A stretch of 64,000 bases of DNA from an uncultured Gemmatimonadales bacterium. Its GTDB lineage: Bacteria; Gemmatimonadota; Gemmatimonadetes; Longimicrobiales; RSA9. The stretch covers positions 352,001 through 416,000 of the forward strand of contig CAWFKH010000004.1 in assembly GCA_963816355.1 (NCBI GenBank). Direction: 5' to 3'. The notes beneath the pieces are model-generated. The model made no database searches. It was not told the DNA's origin and was given only the letters and a program-made list of their open reading frames with translations. Made by a program: the position numbers and the translations under genes. Position 1 is the stretch's first letter. Every line of letters starts with the position of its first letter. Of the stretch, positions 62,374 to 64,000 are shown piece by piece.

Positions 62374-63998
62374 AGCAAGGCCGCACCGCGCCCGGCCGGT
62401 CCGCCGCGAACGCGCCGGACGCCCCGCATTCCGGCGGCGCGCTGCATTCCGGCGGGGCCCCGCATTCCGGCAGCGCCCCGCATTCCGGCGGGGCGCTGAG
62501 CAACGCGGACCTCGCGCCGGTGCCGCCGGAGCGGCGCACGTGGGGGCTGTGGAACATCGCGTCGCTGTGGGTGGGGATGAGCGTATGCATCCCCACCTAC
62601 ATGCTCGCGGCGAGCATGATCGACGCGGGCCTCTCGTGGTGGGAGAGCCTGCTCGCGATCCTGCTCGGCAACGCGATCGTGCTCGTGCCGCTCGTGCTGA
62701 ACGCGCACGCCGGCACGCGCTACGGCATCCCGTTCCCCGTCTTCGCGCGCGCCTCCTTCGGCACCCGCGGCGCGCACGTCCCGTCGCTGCTGCGCTCGCT
62801 CGTCGCGTGCGGCTGGTTCGGCATCCAGACGTGGATCGGCGGCCTCGCGATCCACGCGCTGCTCTCGATCGTGTGGCCGGCGTGGGCCGGCCTCGGCGGC
62901 GGCTGGCGGCTGATGGGGCAGTCGCTCCCGCTCTACCTCGGCTTCCTCGCCTTCTGGGCGATCAACATGTACTTCGTGTGGGCGGGGACCGAGTCGATCA
63001 AGTGGATGGAGACGCTCGCCGCGCCGTTCCTCATCGGCGGCGGCCTGCTGCTGCTCGCGTGGGCCGCCGCGCGCGTCGGCGGCTTCGGCCCGATGCTGCG
63101 CGGCTCCGAGCGGCTGGCGAGCCCCGCCCGCGGCGGCGCCGGCACGCTCCGCCTTTTCGTGCCGTGGCTCACCGCCATGGTCGGCTACTGGGCGACGCTC
63201 TCGCTCAACATCCCGGACTTCACCCGCTACGCGCGGAGCCAGAAGGACCAGGCCGTCGGCCAGGCGATCGGCCTCCTCACCACGATGCCGCTCTTCTCCT
63301 TCATCGGCGTCGCCGTCACGAGCGCGACCGTGCTCGTCTACGGCCAGGCGATCTGGAACCCGGTCGACCTGCTGGCCCGCCTCACGCGCGAGCGCGGCAG
63401 CCCCCTGCTCGGCGTGGCCGCGATGCTCGTCCTGATCGTGGCGACGCTGAGCACCAACATCGCCGCCAACGTCGTCGCGCCCGCCAACAGCTTCTCCAAC
63501 CTCGCGCCGCGCCGCATTTCCTTCCGCACCGGCGGCCTCGTGGCCGGCCTGATCGGCATCGCCATCCTGCCGTGGCGGCTGCTCGACATGTACCAGACGT
63601 GGCTGATCGGCTACTCCGGCCTGCTCGGCGCCGTGGGCGGCGTGCTGATCTGCGACTACGTCATCCTGCGCCGCGGCGCCCTCTCCGTCGACGACCTGTA
63701 CGACGAGGCGGGCGCCTACGCCTACCGCCGCGGCGTCAACCCGTCCGCCATGATCGCCCTCGCGGCGGGCATCGCCGTCGCGCTCGCGGGCCGCCTCGAT
63801 CCGCGCCTCCGCTTCCTCTTCGACGGCGCCTGGTTCTCCGCCGCGCTCGTTTCGCTCGCCATCTACTGGGCGCTCATGCGCGGCCGCATCGCCCGCGCCC
63901 CCGCGCCCGCCCGCGCCTCCGCTGCCGCTGGCGCCCCCGCTGCCGCCGGCGCGTCCGCTCCCGCGGCGGCGGCGCGCACCGCCGGCGGCGCGGCGTGA
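62370..63998 (+). CDS. NCS1 family nucleobase:cation symporter
   Basis: DLAPV...RTW, YGIPFPV..RASFG, GWFGIQTW, WATLSLNIPDFTRY, NIAANVV. Confidence 0.96.
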   Translation: MKQGRTAPGRSAANAPDAPHSGGALHSGGAPHSGSAPHSGGALSNADLAPVPPERRTWGLWNIASLWVGMSVCIPTYMLAASMIDAGLSWWESLLAILLGNAIVLVPLVLNAHAGTRYGIPFPVFARASFGTRGAHVPSLLRSLVACGWFGIQTWIGGLAIHALLSIVWPAWAGLGGGWRLMGQSLPLYLGFLAFWAINMYFVWAGTESIKWMETLAAPFLIGGGLLLLAWAAARVGGFGPMLRGSERLASPARGGAGTLRLFVPWLTAMVGYWATLSLNIPDFTRYARSQKDQAVGQAIGLLTTMPLFSFIGVAVTSATVLVYGQAIWNPVDLLARLTRERGSPLLGVAAMLVLIVATLSTNIAANVVAPANSFSNLAPRRISFRTGGLVAGLIGIAILPWRLLDMYQTWLIGYSGLLGAVGGVLICDYVILRRGALSVDDLYDEAGAYAYRRGVNPSAMIALAAGIAVALAGRLDPRLRFLFDGAWFSAALVSLAIYWALMRGRIARAPAPARASAAAGAPAAAGASAPAAAARTAGGAA

Positions 63999-64000
63999 GC

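Overview
A very GC-rich, gene-dense bacterial window. The gene repertoire suggests Gemmatimonadota or a similar lineage (inference): acidobacterial-type PadR with an orphan permease, BlaI/M56 pairs, an ECF sigma/Ser-Thr kinase pair, TolB-like TPR proteins and TonB receptors. About 50 CDS are supportable. They include envelope-signalling modules, a multicopper-oxidase operon, a TonB receptor/lipoprotein pair, an RND efflux operon, msrA/msrB, a CoA-transferase pair, and a molybdenum hydroxylase (S-L-M) with an NCS1 permease. I saw no rRNA, tRNA, CRISPR array or transposase. The most striking observation is at the left edge (1-1646). A Rieske-like protein has lost all four [2Fe-2S] ligands and the Tat motif but keeps both disulfide cysteines. 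It is translationally coupled to a cytochrome b (absent from the ORF track) that keeps all four heme histidines but has STWV in place of the Qo-site PEWY motif. This looks like a co-degenerated, repurposed bc-type module. Other points are two single-site frameshifts (aquaporin; signal peptide of a beta-propeller lipoprotein), a permease remnant with an in-frame internal deletion, several clean operator palindromes and promoters (sigma54, MerR 19-bp spacer, BlaI), possible internal translation starts, and a dispersed 9-nt-period repeat family that forms a 194-bp element with terminal inverted repeats.
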